From Reclinomonas americana ATCC 50394 (lineage: Eukaryota), in NCBI GenBank assembly GCA_048213135.1, contig PS015454.1, positions 16,151-61,237 of the forward strand: a DNA stretch of 45,087 nt, written 5' to 3'. Positions 1 through 11,150 of this stretch are shown here, one piece after another. The notes under the pieces are model-generated. The model made no database searches and had not been told where the DNA came from. It was given only the letters and a program-made list of their open reading frames with translations. Made by a program: the position numbers and the translations under genes. Each line of letters begins with the position of its first letter. Position 1 is the first letter of the stretch.

Positions 1-1841
1 TGCGGGTTATCAAAGGGTGTTGGGGACCGGGCAACAGGCGAGCAGGGGAGTGGCGACAGCACGCGGTGATACCTTCGACGGGGTGGTCTGCGCACAGCAG
101 CGCACAGTACGATGCACTCTGGCTGCCCTCGCGGATAAAATTAGCGGCGAAGGTCCACGCAGCGAACGGTTCACGAGGAGAGCGAGTCGATGCCGGCAAC
201 TGTGCAACAGCGATCGGTGAGTGCCGAGGAAGTGCGGCAGCAGCATGCTCAAACGACGCCGAACCGCATCCGTGGATCCCACATGCACACTCTGCCAACA
301 CAACGCCACGCATATGAGCTAGTTGTACAGAAGAGACATGGTGAACGCACGCAAGCGGAGATCACACCAGTGCGGCAGTCGTGTTGAACGGTGCAATGTC
401 GGTCGGTCGATTGCGCATCGCTGCACGAGTCTGGTGATGATGCACGGCAGTGAGGAAGAGGAAGAGGGAAGATGAAAGGGGAAGAGAAAGGGGGAAGAGA
501 TGGGCGAAGAGAGGGGAAGAGAAGGGGGAAGGGAGGGGAAGAGACGGGAGAGGAAAGGGGAAGAGAGCGGGAACAGATGCAGGAAGAGAGCGCGGCAAAG
601 CTTCGCGGCACGCTGTTGGCTGTGACGGGTGACGCACCGTAAAGTAGTGCGACAGCAGTGACTCGGCAGTGAGTTGTGTCTGCATGCGCGCAGCAACAAG
701 TCAGGCACATGTGAGCGACAGGAGGGCAGGCGAGTGCGGGAGCTGCACCGATATGTTGCGATCGATCATGCTGGAGAATGACCTGACAATGCGCGGCAAG
801 TAGCCGGGCGAAATGTTGTTCTCCTGCATGCACCGCTCAGCTGGCACAATGACACACAGTCGGTGAGAAGCGCTGCCATAGGATCTATGCATGCATGCAT
901 GCACACACAAACCGGTTTGCAGGAACGACTCGGGCGAGCGGAACCAGCACGTAATCAGACGATCCTCCACACTAACGTACATGCCGTCGATGGAGAGCGC
1001 CATGGGTGTCGTAAAGTGTGGATCGTTGTACACATCAATGTTGCTGTCTTCGATTTGCTCGACAGACTCGAAAAACCGCTGCGCACGCACGAGGAGTCAG
1101 CGTGAGGGGCCTACGTTAGACACGCAACGAACTTCGCATCCACTACTCAACTGGCGCGACTTGCGACAGCGCAGTCTCCATCACCTTCGCGATCTCGCCA
1201 ACGAGAAACTCTCCCAACTCGTGTCTCTTCACGCACTGCGCGGCAGCATCGGCCACTGATGCACTGCCCTCAAAGGCGCACGCGTACTGCTGCCCGAGCA
1301 CCGAGGTCATGACACCCTCCACAGGCCACTGAACGCACACCATGAAAACGAATGTGAATGATGCACGCGCGCGCGGGAGAACGAATTTCCGATGCATGCA
1401 TATCGCAACTGCACTGACAGGCATGAGAGCGCGTGGTGAGAACGGCGACGCAGGCTCCACTGTGGTCGATCCAAACACGTGCAGCTCCACACTGCGTTGT
1501 ATCTCCTTTGAGAGCTCTTGCGCACCGCGCACACTCAGATGCTGCGCTTGCAAGCATGCAACCGCTGGTGCATGCACAGGAGGAAAAGAGAGAGAGAGCA
1601 GTGATTAGTGTTGCTGCTCTCGTGTGCGTGTGTGGAAGGGGGACTGAGAGAGCGCACCAGCGTGCAGGTATGACTCCATGAACGGCTCCAGCATGCACAC
1701 AAGCGGCCGACCATCAATGGCCAATGACACTCCCGCAACTGGCCAGTCGAATGCTACTGCTTCTGGAGGCACAGCGACGAGCACCACCAGCACAGACAGC
1801 AAAAGTGGCAGCAGCCATTGCCGCCGCGCACCCCCTCGCAT
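1..1841 (-). CDS. Signal-peptide protein with 3 two-Cys repeat modules; tandem paralog of the neighbouring GT77 gene; 3' end runs off the window
   Basis: ATG at 1841 gives a signal-peptide-like MRGGARRQWLLPLLLSVLVVLVAVP. Spliced exons give WPVAGVSLAIDGRPLVC..AVACLQAQHL, WPVEGVMTSVLGQQYAC..AAAQCVKRHEL and IDGMYVSVEDRLITC..AERCMQENNI. Exon 199-73 (EPFAAWTFAANFIREGSQSASYCALLCADHP) aligns with PPLAAWRYGGEFLLINGNTTPFCNIMCIDVP of the neighbour and is followed by a GT donor at 72. Confidence 0.75.
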
Positions 1842-1897
1842 GACAACCGAAGAGTGGGACAGACAACACGGACGGCCTTCGGGAAACCACCATCCCT

Positions 1898-4800
1898 CTA
1901 CTTCATTGCATTCTTCGTTTCCTGTGCTGCCTTCTCTTCCTTCTTCTCGTCGTCAAAGGCGATCTTCCACACGCCGAATCTCTGCATCAGGATCAGCTTT
2001 GTCGACCACTCGCCCAGCACGTGGAGCTGTCGCGTCGGGGTGAGAGAAAGTGCTTATGTGGGAGTCGAGAATACGTGTGCAGTACGTACCACAAGGAGGT
2101 GCTTCAGGTCGGGGGTGTGCCCAAAGTCTATCATGCTGTGAATTCCGAGCTGGTGGTTGACGCTCTGCAAGTCGAACCAGGCGAAGCGGAGGCGGCCGAG
2201 GCGCACGTGGTACTCGGCGATCAGATTGCCCATGTCTTGCTCCCACAACGACCAGTCGTTGGTGAGCACGTCGACCACGTGTGCGTAGTAGCGCAGCGTG
2301 TAGGCGTTGGCCCGCGCGCTCCACACGCCGGCGCTAAAGCAGAGCCGTCGCTGATGCTCCACGCACACGTGCAGCGACTCGTCCACGCATCCGTGACTCG
2401 GCGTGCGCTTCCACATGCTGCGAGCGGACTGCACGGGTGTCACACTCAGCAAACTCGCCGCGTTGCATTGGCCCAGGCAGTCGCACTGCGCCATCAAGTC
2501 CGCCTCCTGCTCCGCCGGCACTGGCGGGAAGGCGAGGCGAACGTCGCCGAGCACCACCGCGTCCACGTCCAAATGGAACGGCCGGTAGCCGCAGCGCACC
2601 AGCAGATACCCGTACAACCACTTCAAGTTGACAGCAATGTCGGCCTTCATCGACGGACCACCCACCGTGCCACGTGACTGCCACCTGGTGCACGCGTGAG
2701 GAGAAGAGAAAGCAAAAAACATGACTTGAAATCAACAAAAGAAGGCGTACCACTTGGAGTCGTCGACCAGCGCAATGCGTTCGTCGCCGCCGGCCAGCTC
2801 CACCACTCGCTTGCGAGTGTACTCGTCCGAGCAAATCATCAGCGGCAGGCGATCCTTGCCGTACACGGCGGCAAAGCTCACAATCCAGTTCTTCATCATG
2901 TTGGCCCACGCCTCGCCGGCCATCGTCGGTCGCAACGTCACCACCGTGAACACCACGAGCCCGTCGTCGGTCAGCGTGTGTGGTCCGTTTTTCAGCTTGT
3001 CGGCCAACTTGCGCATGTAGCTGGGATTCTCCTTGAAGTTGCTGGTGAAGAGAGACGAGGGTTGCGGTGCGCGCGGACGCCCCACCGCCATCTGCACCTC
3101 CTTGAGCGCTTTCGGGGAGGTGAGTGCGTTCCACAGCCATTGCTCCAGATTGTGGCAGAATGTCTGCGGCAGCAAGCTGCGGTCGTAGCCGGGGCGCACA
3201 ACGCCCGTCATGTCCGGCAGCGGCGGAGGGTCCATGTAGAGGCCGCGTGCGGTGAAGTCGGAAGCCACCGATGTGCATTTGCATGCCTCGCGAATGACTG
3301 CAAAAAGGGGGCGAAGGGGGAGGAAGAAGGGGGGAAGAAAGGGGGGAAGGAAAGGGGGAAGGAAAGGGGGAAGGGGGTGAGGAGGGAGGAGGAGAAAGAG
3401 AAAGAAAAGGAAAGCATAAGAGAAGAGAAAACGGGACAGGATGAGAAGCGGAAAGGCAGAGAGGAAAGGGCGAAGAGTGAGGAGGAGAAAGGAGAAAATG
3501 AAGAAGAAAAGGAGAAAGTGAGCGGAGAGGGGAGAAACGAAGACGATGAGAGGACAGGAGAGGAATGTGGAGATTGGAACGAGAGAGGAAGATGGCGAAC
3601 GAGATGTTGGTTGGAGGAAGGAATTTAGAGGAAGGGTGAGGGACGGGGTGGGGCAAAGGAAGAAAGAGAAGAAAAGTGTAGAAGAGAGGAGCGGGAGGAA
3701 AGAAGACAAGAGGGAGGAAGCAGGCGGAGGCATGGGTAGAGAGAATGGAGGAAGACAGGGAGAATGTGGCGCAGGGAAATGCAGAAGGATGAGTCGCACA
3801 CTGCGGAACGCACTTGCTCGTGGCACATCGATACACATGATGTTGCAGAAGGGCGTCGTATTGCCGTTGATGAGCAGGAACTCGCCGCCGTAGCGCCACG
3901 CGGCCAGTGGAGGTCGCGACGATGCATCCTCGGTGTTCTGCAAAGGGGCACGAGAGTGACGACGTGCGTGCATGCGTGTGCGCAACAGCCATGGGATACA
4001 CACCTCGGGAGTCCGCACATCAACGTTGTTGGCAAACATGTCGGGCGGCAACGACTGCACAGAAGCGATGATGAGCAACAGAAAATAGGCAGGTCGCTCA
4101 TCGAGGAACGCACCATCACTGGTGTTTTTCGCCTCTGCGACACCACACACACACAACAACGACAACAAAGTCAACCAACGTGTAGCAATGCAGAACTGGC
4201 GCAGCACGGTGTGTCACGGAACCTCCATCTCGTCAGACAGCGATGAGTGCACGAGTTCTTGCTTCTGCGCTCCCATGCATGTATGTACTCAGCAGGCAGA
4301 TAATCAACAGCTGAGCAAGGGAGACAGGCACGGCACCGCACCTCAATCTCGCCCTCGATGTGCGCCTTCAGATAGTGGACCACGGTCTCGTGCAGCGACG
4401 GATCGAGCCCGTTGCGCAAGATGCAGTGCAAGGCTGCACGCGGGAACAAATGAATCGTCGAGAGAGAGTGGAAACTCCACCACATACACACACACACACA
4501 GCTACACACCGGCCTCCTCCAGCGTGCCGCCTGGCAGGAACGGGCAGTCGAGAAGCGTCTCCCCGACCTTGATGCGCACGCCAGAAATGTTCCACTGATC
4601 GGTCGGCGTCACATCCATGGCCGCGTACGCCTGCACGACAGGAACAATGCAGTGAGGCCTGGCAGGCACAGCAAAAGGCACACTCGCCGGGAAGGAGACC
4701 TTGTTGAGCTCTTCGTTCAGAATGGCAGTCGCATCGGCCACCATCGACACCGGCAACTTGTGCTGCTCCACGCAGCGAGCGGCTGCCACGGACACACGAT

Positions 4801-5546
4801 TCCGTCACAAAGAGGGCGACAACGGCGGAGAGCACATGTACACGTCACCTGCGGCCGACACTTCACGAGCATCGCCGAGCATGCACGGATACGTCACACC
4901 GTCCTTGATCATGTACACGCCCTCGATCGGCCACTGTCGCTTGTGATTGAACCACGTCTCCGTCTCCGACAGAGACGGGTAGTGCGGAACGTTCGACTGC
5001 GGATTCCTCTGACGCTATCCACACACACATGCACAGAGAGAAAGCGATCAGTGCACTCACTCATGTGCGCATGATGCCGCGGGAATGCCGCAAACCTCCT
5101 CATGCAAGTTGCGCAGCTGATTGCGCATAAACTCCATCAACTGCACGTACAGTGTCTCATAGTGATCGGGGTGTGCACTGTGCTGCCGCAAGCACCGCTC
5201 CGCTGTCACGCACATGAGTGAGTGTGTGAGTGAGAGAAGAGAGATGATAAAGGGGAGGGGTTTGCCAACCAGCAACATGCAGATTCGGAGCGTCGTCGAG
5301 CTGACAGAGCATGTTGGAGGAGAGAAGTCCGGGTGTGCCCTCGGCCCACCCCACAGTGAAGCCGAGCACGGGCCACGGAGGCAGAAACATGGTGTCGTCG
5401 CTGTCAAACACCTCCTCTCCATCATCATTGTTGTCACTGTTCTCCACCAAGTCGGCCTCACTCACACGAATGCAGGAGCTGCAGAAGAGTAGAAGGAAGA
5501 CGCAGAGGGAGAGAGCGAGAAGGACACGCAGAGGTGGCATTCGCAT
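1898..5546 (-). CDS. Nucleotide-diphospho-sugar transferase (GT77/PF03407-like glycosyltransferase) with N-terminal signal/anchor and 3 two-Cys repeat modules; multi-exon
   Basis: Start MRMPPLRVLLALSLCVFLLLFC (ATG 5546 or 5540). C-terminal exons show WANMMKNWIVSF, KWLYGYLLVRCGYRPFHLDVDAVVLGD (DxD motif), CFSAGVW and WEQDMGN, typical of the PF03407 family. The last exon LHVLGEWSTKLILMQRFGVW...AMK ends at TAG 1898-1900. Confidence 0.8.
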
Positions 5547-5658
5547 TCGCGCGCGCCTCTTATCTCTTCTTCGTTGGTCTCTTAACGAAATTGAGGGACG
5601 AAGAGTGAGGGACACACTCCGTGTCGCCGACGTTCGTTGTGCTGTGCTGTGTTGTGCT

Positions 5659-7462
5659 TTAATGTGCTTGTGTGGAACTCTCGTCGAGCCGCCGCTGTTT
5701 TTCGAGAGTGGCGAGACGCTGCGTCAGCATATCGACTTGTAGTTTCAGCTTGTCGACGCTCAGCTGCAGGTCGTCGCGTGCCGAGGAGCCTTGCAGGAGC
5801 GCCAGCACGAAGCGGCAGGCGGTGACCCACATGAAGAACTGGCAGCAACGACGCGGTGAGTGAGGTGAGGGGCAGGAGGAAGTGCGGTGAGACAGGCGCG
5901 CAACTTCGCGGAACAACTGGGCATTCTCGAACTCCAGTCGGTGCGGGTGCAGCTGCAGCAGCGACGCCCACTGACTGGTGATGCTGCCGGTGCGGATGGC
6001 CGTCTCCACGGAGATGCTAATCACCATGGCTGTGCGATCACCACACGGTGAGGGGACGCGCAAGCGATCACCACACGGTGAGGGGACGCGCAAGCGACCA
6101 CGACACGATCGATAGTGGCGCAACTCCAAAACACAAACTTGCGTGCCGGCACCCCTTGATCCACAATGACCGTCAGCACCAGCCACGCCAGCAGCCACAC
6201 GAGGTACGGCGATGCCGACTCGCCGATACACGAAGCGCTGTCGTCGCACGTCACCTGCCGAAGAAGAGAAGAGAGGAGAGAAGGGAAGGAAGAGATGAGC
6301 AGAGAGTGGTGAAGGGAAGGGAGGGTAAGAGATAGGAAGAGGGAAGAGATGAGAAGAGGAGAGGAACGCAAGGAGAGAAGGCAAGGGAGGAGAGGAGAAT
6401 GGGTTGTTGGGAGGAGAGAAGGGAAAGGGAGAGAAGGGAAGGGGAGGGATGGGATGAGAGGAGTGGTGAAGGAAAGGGAGGATATGAGAGGAAGAAAGGG
6501 AAGGGAAGGGAAGGGAAGAGAGGAAGAGGGAAGAAAAGAGAAGGTGAAGAGAAGGGGTGGTCGGAGAGACGAAGAGAATAGAGGGATGAGAAGCGAAGAG
6601 AAGGGAAAGGGAGGAAAGGAGGAGAGAAGAGACGAGAAGGAAGGGAAGAGATGAGAAGAGTGGAGGAGAAAAGGAAGGGAGAAGGAGAGAAGAAGCGAGA
6701 AGAGAAGAGAAAGAGAAAGAGAGCGATGAGCGGGAAAGAGAGACGAGAAGAAGAGATGACAGGAGGAGAAGGCAAAAAGCAGGAAGCGCACCTGATCCTC
6801 CACGCCATGCCTATTATACAGTCGCCTTCGTTGCGTGTTGCCGAGTAACTCTTGCGCTGCAGTTCTCGTCCGTCTCTCAGCGATCGGAAAAACACGTGGA
6901 CACCACAAACAAACGATCTTCTCACCACTGGTCAATCGCGCAAACAGCTCATCGGCACCCGGCTCATGATTGCGATCGGGGTGATACGTACGCGAGGCCT
7001 CCCGAAACGCTCGCTTGATATCTTCGCGCGCACGTGAGCGAAAAAAGAAGCAGAAATCGAACTGCTGAAGACTGACAGCAAGCAAATACCTGCAGTTGTC
7101 CACGAGTCGGCCTCACGCGGATCCAACTGCAGCATTTGATACAAGTTGAGCGGCAGTCTGTGCTGCCAGTTGGTGAGCAGCAGGAGGAGGCGACTGACAA
7201 AGAGGAGACAACACCAAGACCGTTGCTCATAGGCCAACAGTGCATATCCTCCGCCCACAAAGGCCACGAAAAGCGCAGTGTAGAGCATTGTGTTGCTGCG
7301 TTTCCCAGTGCTGCTGTCGCGCAACTGCATCTGTGAGTGACAAGAGTGAGCAATGAGTGTGAGACAGTGAGACAGTGAGACAGTGAGACATGCCTTGAAG
7401 AAGAGGTACCACGCAAAGAGCGTGGTGAAGAGGATGGGTGGTGTCCACTCAGGCAACTGCAT
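5659..7462 (-). CDS. Membrane-anchored DnaJ (J-domain) co-chaperone; multi-exon
   Basis: Spliced NLYQMLQL..EDIKRAFREASRTYHPDRNHEPGADELFARLTSAQELLGNTQRRRLYNRHG contains the J-domain HPD motif. Hydrophobic segments lie on both sides and there is a coiled-coil-like C-terminus. ATG 7462, TAA 5659-5661. Confidence 0.85.
6034..6100. repeat. 30-bp tandem duplication (2 copies plus a partial) inside the DnaJ gene, probably intronic
   Basis: gcgatcaccacacggtgaggggacgcgcaa occurs twice in tandem. Confidence 0.8.
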
Positions 7463-7520
7463 GTTGTGAGTGAGTGAGTGAAGATCGATCGACTGATATG
7501 AGTGTGTTTGTTTGTGAGAG
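7463..7520. promoter_or_regulatory. Putative 58-bp bidirectional promoter/5'UTR region between DnaJ and GH27 start codons
   Basis: Divergent ATGs at 7462 (-) and 7521 (+). The promoter role is inferred from position only. Confidence 0.45.
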
Positions 7521-10500
7521 ATGCGTCGTGTGTTGTGTGTGGCACTGGCGGTGTTGTGTGCAGCTGTGTGCTGCTCGCATGCGTTGGATAATGGGCTGGG
7601 CAAGAGTGAGTGAGGGAGTGCGCGTGTGTGTGTAGAAGGAGAGAATGCGTTGTGCTTATTGTGTGTGTGTGTGTGTGTGTTGCAGCGCCGGCCATGGGGT
7701 GGAACTCGTTGCGTGAGGCGGGGAGAGAGAGAGAGAGAGAGTGGGAGGGAAGGAGAGGAGAAGGGGAGGAGNNNNNNNNNNNNNNNNNNNNGGGAGAGAG
7801 AGAGAGAGAGAGAGAGAATGTGCACATGTAACTGCGCGTGGAGCCCGAGACATGCATCGGGATGTGCAGTATTGAGTCGTCACTCGCTCACACTTCCTCT
7901 GTCTTCTTCATTCTTCTTCTTCTCTGTGTGTGTGTGCAGCTGGAACAAGTACCACTGCAACATCAACGAGACGATTTTCCGCAACGTGGTCGACGCCATG
8001 GTCAGCACCGGCATGCGCGACGCAGGCTATGAGTTAACGCGTCGCTGTCTCCTATCCTTACTTCCCCTCTCTCACTCACACTAAACTCTCATTCTGTCTG
8101 CAGATACGTCAATCTCGACGACTGTGTGTTCAGCGGTCGCGATGCGCAAGGCAATCTGGTGCGATGCTGTCTTTTATCCCACTCTCCTACTCTCTGGCCT
8201 GTGCACTGATGCAGCAGACTGTGCGCAGGTGCCCGACGCCAAGGCCTTCCCCTCCGGCATCAAAGCCCTTTGTGAGCTGGCGTCTCCCACTGTTTTCGTA
8301 ATCGGTGTGCTGCTCTTCCCCTGACTTGGATTCATGTGTGCAGCGGACTACACGCACAGCAAGGGTCTCAAGTTCGGCATCTACACGGATGCGGGCACGG
8401 CGACATGCCAAGGTCGCCCCGGTATTGCGGGTCACGAGCAGCAGGATGCCAATGCGTATGCGGCATGGGTACGTGTCTGTCTACCACAGCGTGTTTCTTT
8501 CTTCCTTGTGCTGCTCTCAGTTCTCGCAGGCTCTGTCTCAATCAATACATCTCTCTCTCTCGTTGTATCTGTGTGTGTATCTCTCTCTCCTTCGCTATAT
8601 GTCTGTGTCTGTCTGTCTTCCTTGTGCTCTCGTATCTCCCGTTCTCTGTCTCTCTCTCGTCTCGTCTTTCTCNNNNNNNNNNNNNNNNNNNNNNNNNNNN
8701 NNNNNNNNNNNNNNNNNNNNNNNNNNNNNNNNNNNNNNNNNNNNNNNNNNNNNNNNNNNNNNNNNNNNNNNNNNNNNNNNNNNNNNNNNNNNNNNNNNNN
8801 NNNNNNNNNNNNNNNNNNNNNNNNNNNNNNNNNNNNNNNNNNNNNTCTCTCTCTTCGTCTGTCTGTCTTCCTCTCTTTCTTTCTTTCATTCTTACTTTCC
8901 TCTTTCTTTTTTCCTCTCTTTTCTTTCTTTCTTTCTTTCATTTGCTCATTTGTTCTTTCCCAGTCTCTCTCTTTCTCTAATTGCTTCTGACATCGCCTCT
9001 GCGCAGGGTGTCGACTACCTCAAGGTCGACTGGTGCCACAGCGAGGGCATGACGCCAAAGGATCGCTACCCGAAGATCCGCGACGCGTTGCTGGCCAGCG
9101 GCCGCCCCATTTTCTACTCGATGTGCGAGTGGGGTGCGTCGCCGTCGTTGTCATTGTTACTCATGTTCTTGCGCTTCATTTACCGATTATTATTCGGCAG
9201 GCGTCGACAAGCCGTGGGTGTGGGCAGCGCCTGTCGCCAACAGCTGGCGCACCACCGGTTTGTGTGTGTGTGTGTGTGTTGTCGCGAATGCATGCGTTGC
9301 TTTTTTGATCAACGCGGAACAGGCGACATTGAGCCGCTGTGGATTCGCATGGTGGAGATTGTGGACGCCATGGAGGGACTCGGCAAGGTTCTTACTTTCA
9401 CAATCGCGCGGTGAACTCGCCATCATTTTCATCACCACACTCTGCAGTTCGCCGGCCCGGGTGCGTGGAACGATCCCGACATGCTGGAGGTGAGATTGAG
9501 AAGCTGACAGGATGATGAGAGAAACCGTGTCGCTCACTCATCGCGACGCTTGACGCAGATTGGCAACGGCAACTGGACCCAGGTCGGAGCGGACTCGTGT
9601 CTCTCTCTTCGTCTATATGGTGCACTGAACTTCCATTGCGTACACAGACCGAGTACCAAGCGCATTTCAGCCTGTGGAGCATCATGAACGCGCCTCTGAT
9701 TGCTGTTGCGTTCATTCCCATCATCAAGCCATCGTGCAAGATCTCACTGTCTCCTCCAGGGCAACGACATTACTCACATGCCCGACACGGTGGCGAGTAT
9801 CCTCATGAACCACGAGGTGTGTCGTTGTTGTTCAATTCAAGTGTTTCTGTTCGCCACATTGAGTAACACTTTACTTTCAGGTGATTGCCGTCAACCAAGA
9901 CCCGCTGGGTGAGTGCAACTGCCTCTGTGTGTGGCTGTCGGGTTTGTGAATCGCTGACTTGTGTGCCTCGCAGGTGTGGCCGGCGATTTGCGGAAGAAGG
10001 AGGGCCTGTTGCGTTGTTTCTTGCACGTCGTCTGCATGTCCTTACCTTTCCCCTCACCCTTGTGTCTGCGCACAGCCTGTACCACAAGCAAATGTGGTCC
10101 AAGGCCATGTACGGCAACGCGCACAGTGTCGTGCTCTTCAACAAGGGCACCTTCTCGGAGAAGTTCAAGTTCGACTTTTCGCTGCTGGATCCGAAGCCAG
10201 CCGGGCGCACCTTTGCCGTGCGCGATCTGTGGCAACATGCCGACATTGGTGTGTGATGAGAAGGGGAGAGGGAGGGGGAAGGGAGGGTTGAGGGAGAAGG
10301 AGAGGGAAGGGTGGTGAGGAAGAGGAGAGGAGAAGAGAAAGGCGGGAATACTGAGTACGGAGGGAAGAAAGGGAATGAGGCGAGAAAAGCACAGAAGAGA
10401 GGAAGAGCACGCCAATCTCGGTACGTGCTTTGAAATGCGAGAGGGGCGGGGAGAGTATTCAGGGGGTAGAGGTGAGTGAGATGAAGGAAGGGAGAGAGGT

Positions 10501-10919
10501 GAGGCAGGGAAGAACGTGAGAAGGAGTGGGAAGAGAGGGGAAGTGAGAGTGCAGGATAGAAATGGCAGGAAAAGGAGAGGGAGTGAGAGGAGACAGAGAG
10601 AACTGAGGGAAGGGCGGGAAGGGATGAAGAGATTCGAGAAGAGAGAGACTGGAAGAAGCGAAGAGAAAAGAGACGGGGGAGAGAGGGAGGGAGAACTTGC
10701 TGATCTCAGGCCATGTAAAGTGAGAAAGAGAAGGGGAGAAGTTGCCAGTGGGTCCTCCATCGAGAGAATGCAGCGTACTCACTGCCTGCTGTTTTGTTGT
10801 ATCTCTCCCAACCAGGCACATTCACCGATAGCTTCGAGCTTGAAGTCCCCAGCCACGGTGTTCGTCACCTCAAGCTGTCGCCTGCCGGCGACCTCACCGA
10901 CAACGTCACCGCCATGTGA
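7521..10919 (+). CDS. Secreted alpha-galactosidase, glycoside hydrolase family 27; about 16 exons
   Basis: Signal peptide [21 protein letters not shown] followed by [43 protein letters not shown] (nucleophile Asp), CEWG, WRTTGDI (acid/base Asp), [20 protein letters not shown] and VRDLWQH. The GT-AG introns keep frame, and TGA is at 10917-10919. Confidence 0.97.
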
Positions 10920-11150
10920 GCAGTTTTTCCTACTTTTGTGAAGGGTGTCTTGAGGCAAATGAAATCTCATCGGCAACATTGTCTCCCTCTCTCTCCCACC
11001 ACTCAATCACAGCCAACGCGGAACCATTCTTGCATTCTGTGCCGTGGCGCTCGTCGCGCTGGTTGTGCTCACAATACAACTGTTCAGACTGCAAATGAAT
11101 CGAAGATAATGTAAATAAAAGTGTCCACCGAAACTGCCATTCACTCCTCA

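Noticed and set aside
2334-4001. Long ORFs rich in S/L/P/F or E/R/G/K (also 6021-7103, 9891-10760, 11286-12653, 15119-16645)
   Set aside because: They read through GA/CT low-complexity introns, minisatellites or N gaps that lack stop codons. Only the embedded exons are real.
4122-4207. Apparent signal peptide MLRQFCIATRWLTLLSLLCVCG as the start of the GT77 gene
   Set aside because: The ORF starts at GTG, not ATG, and the hydrophobic stretch appears intronic. Upstream exons and a true ATG at 5546 exist.
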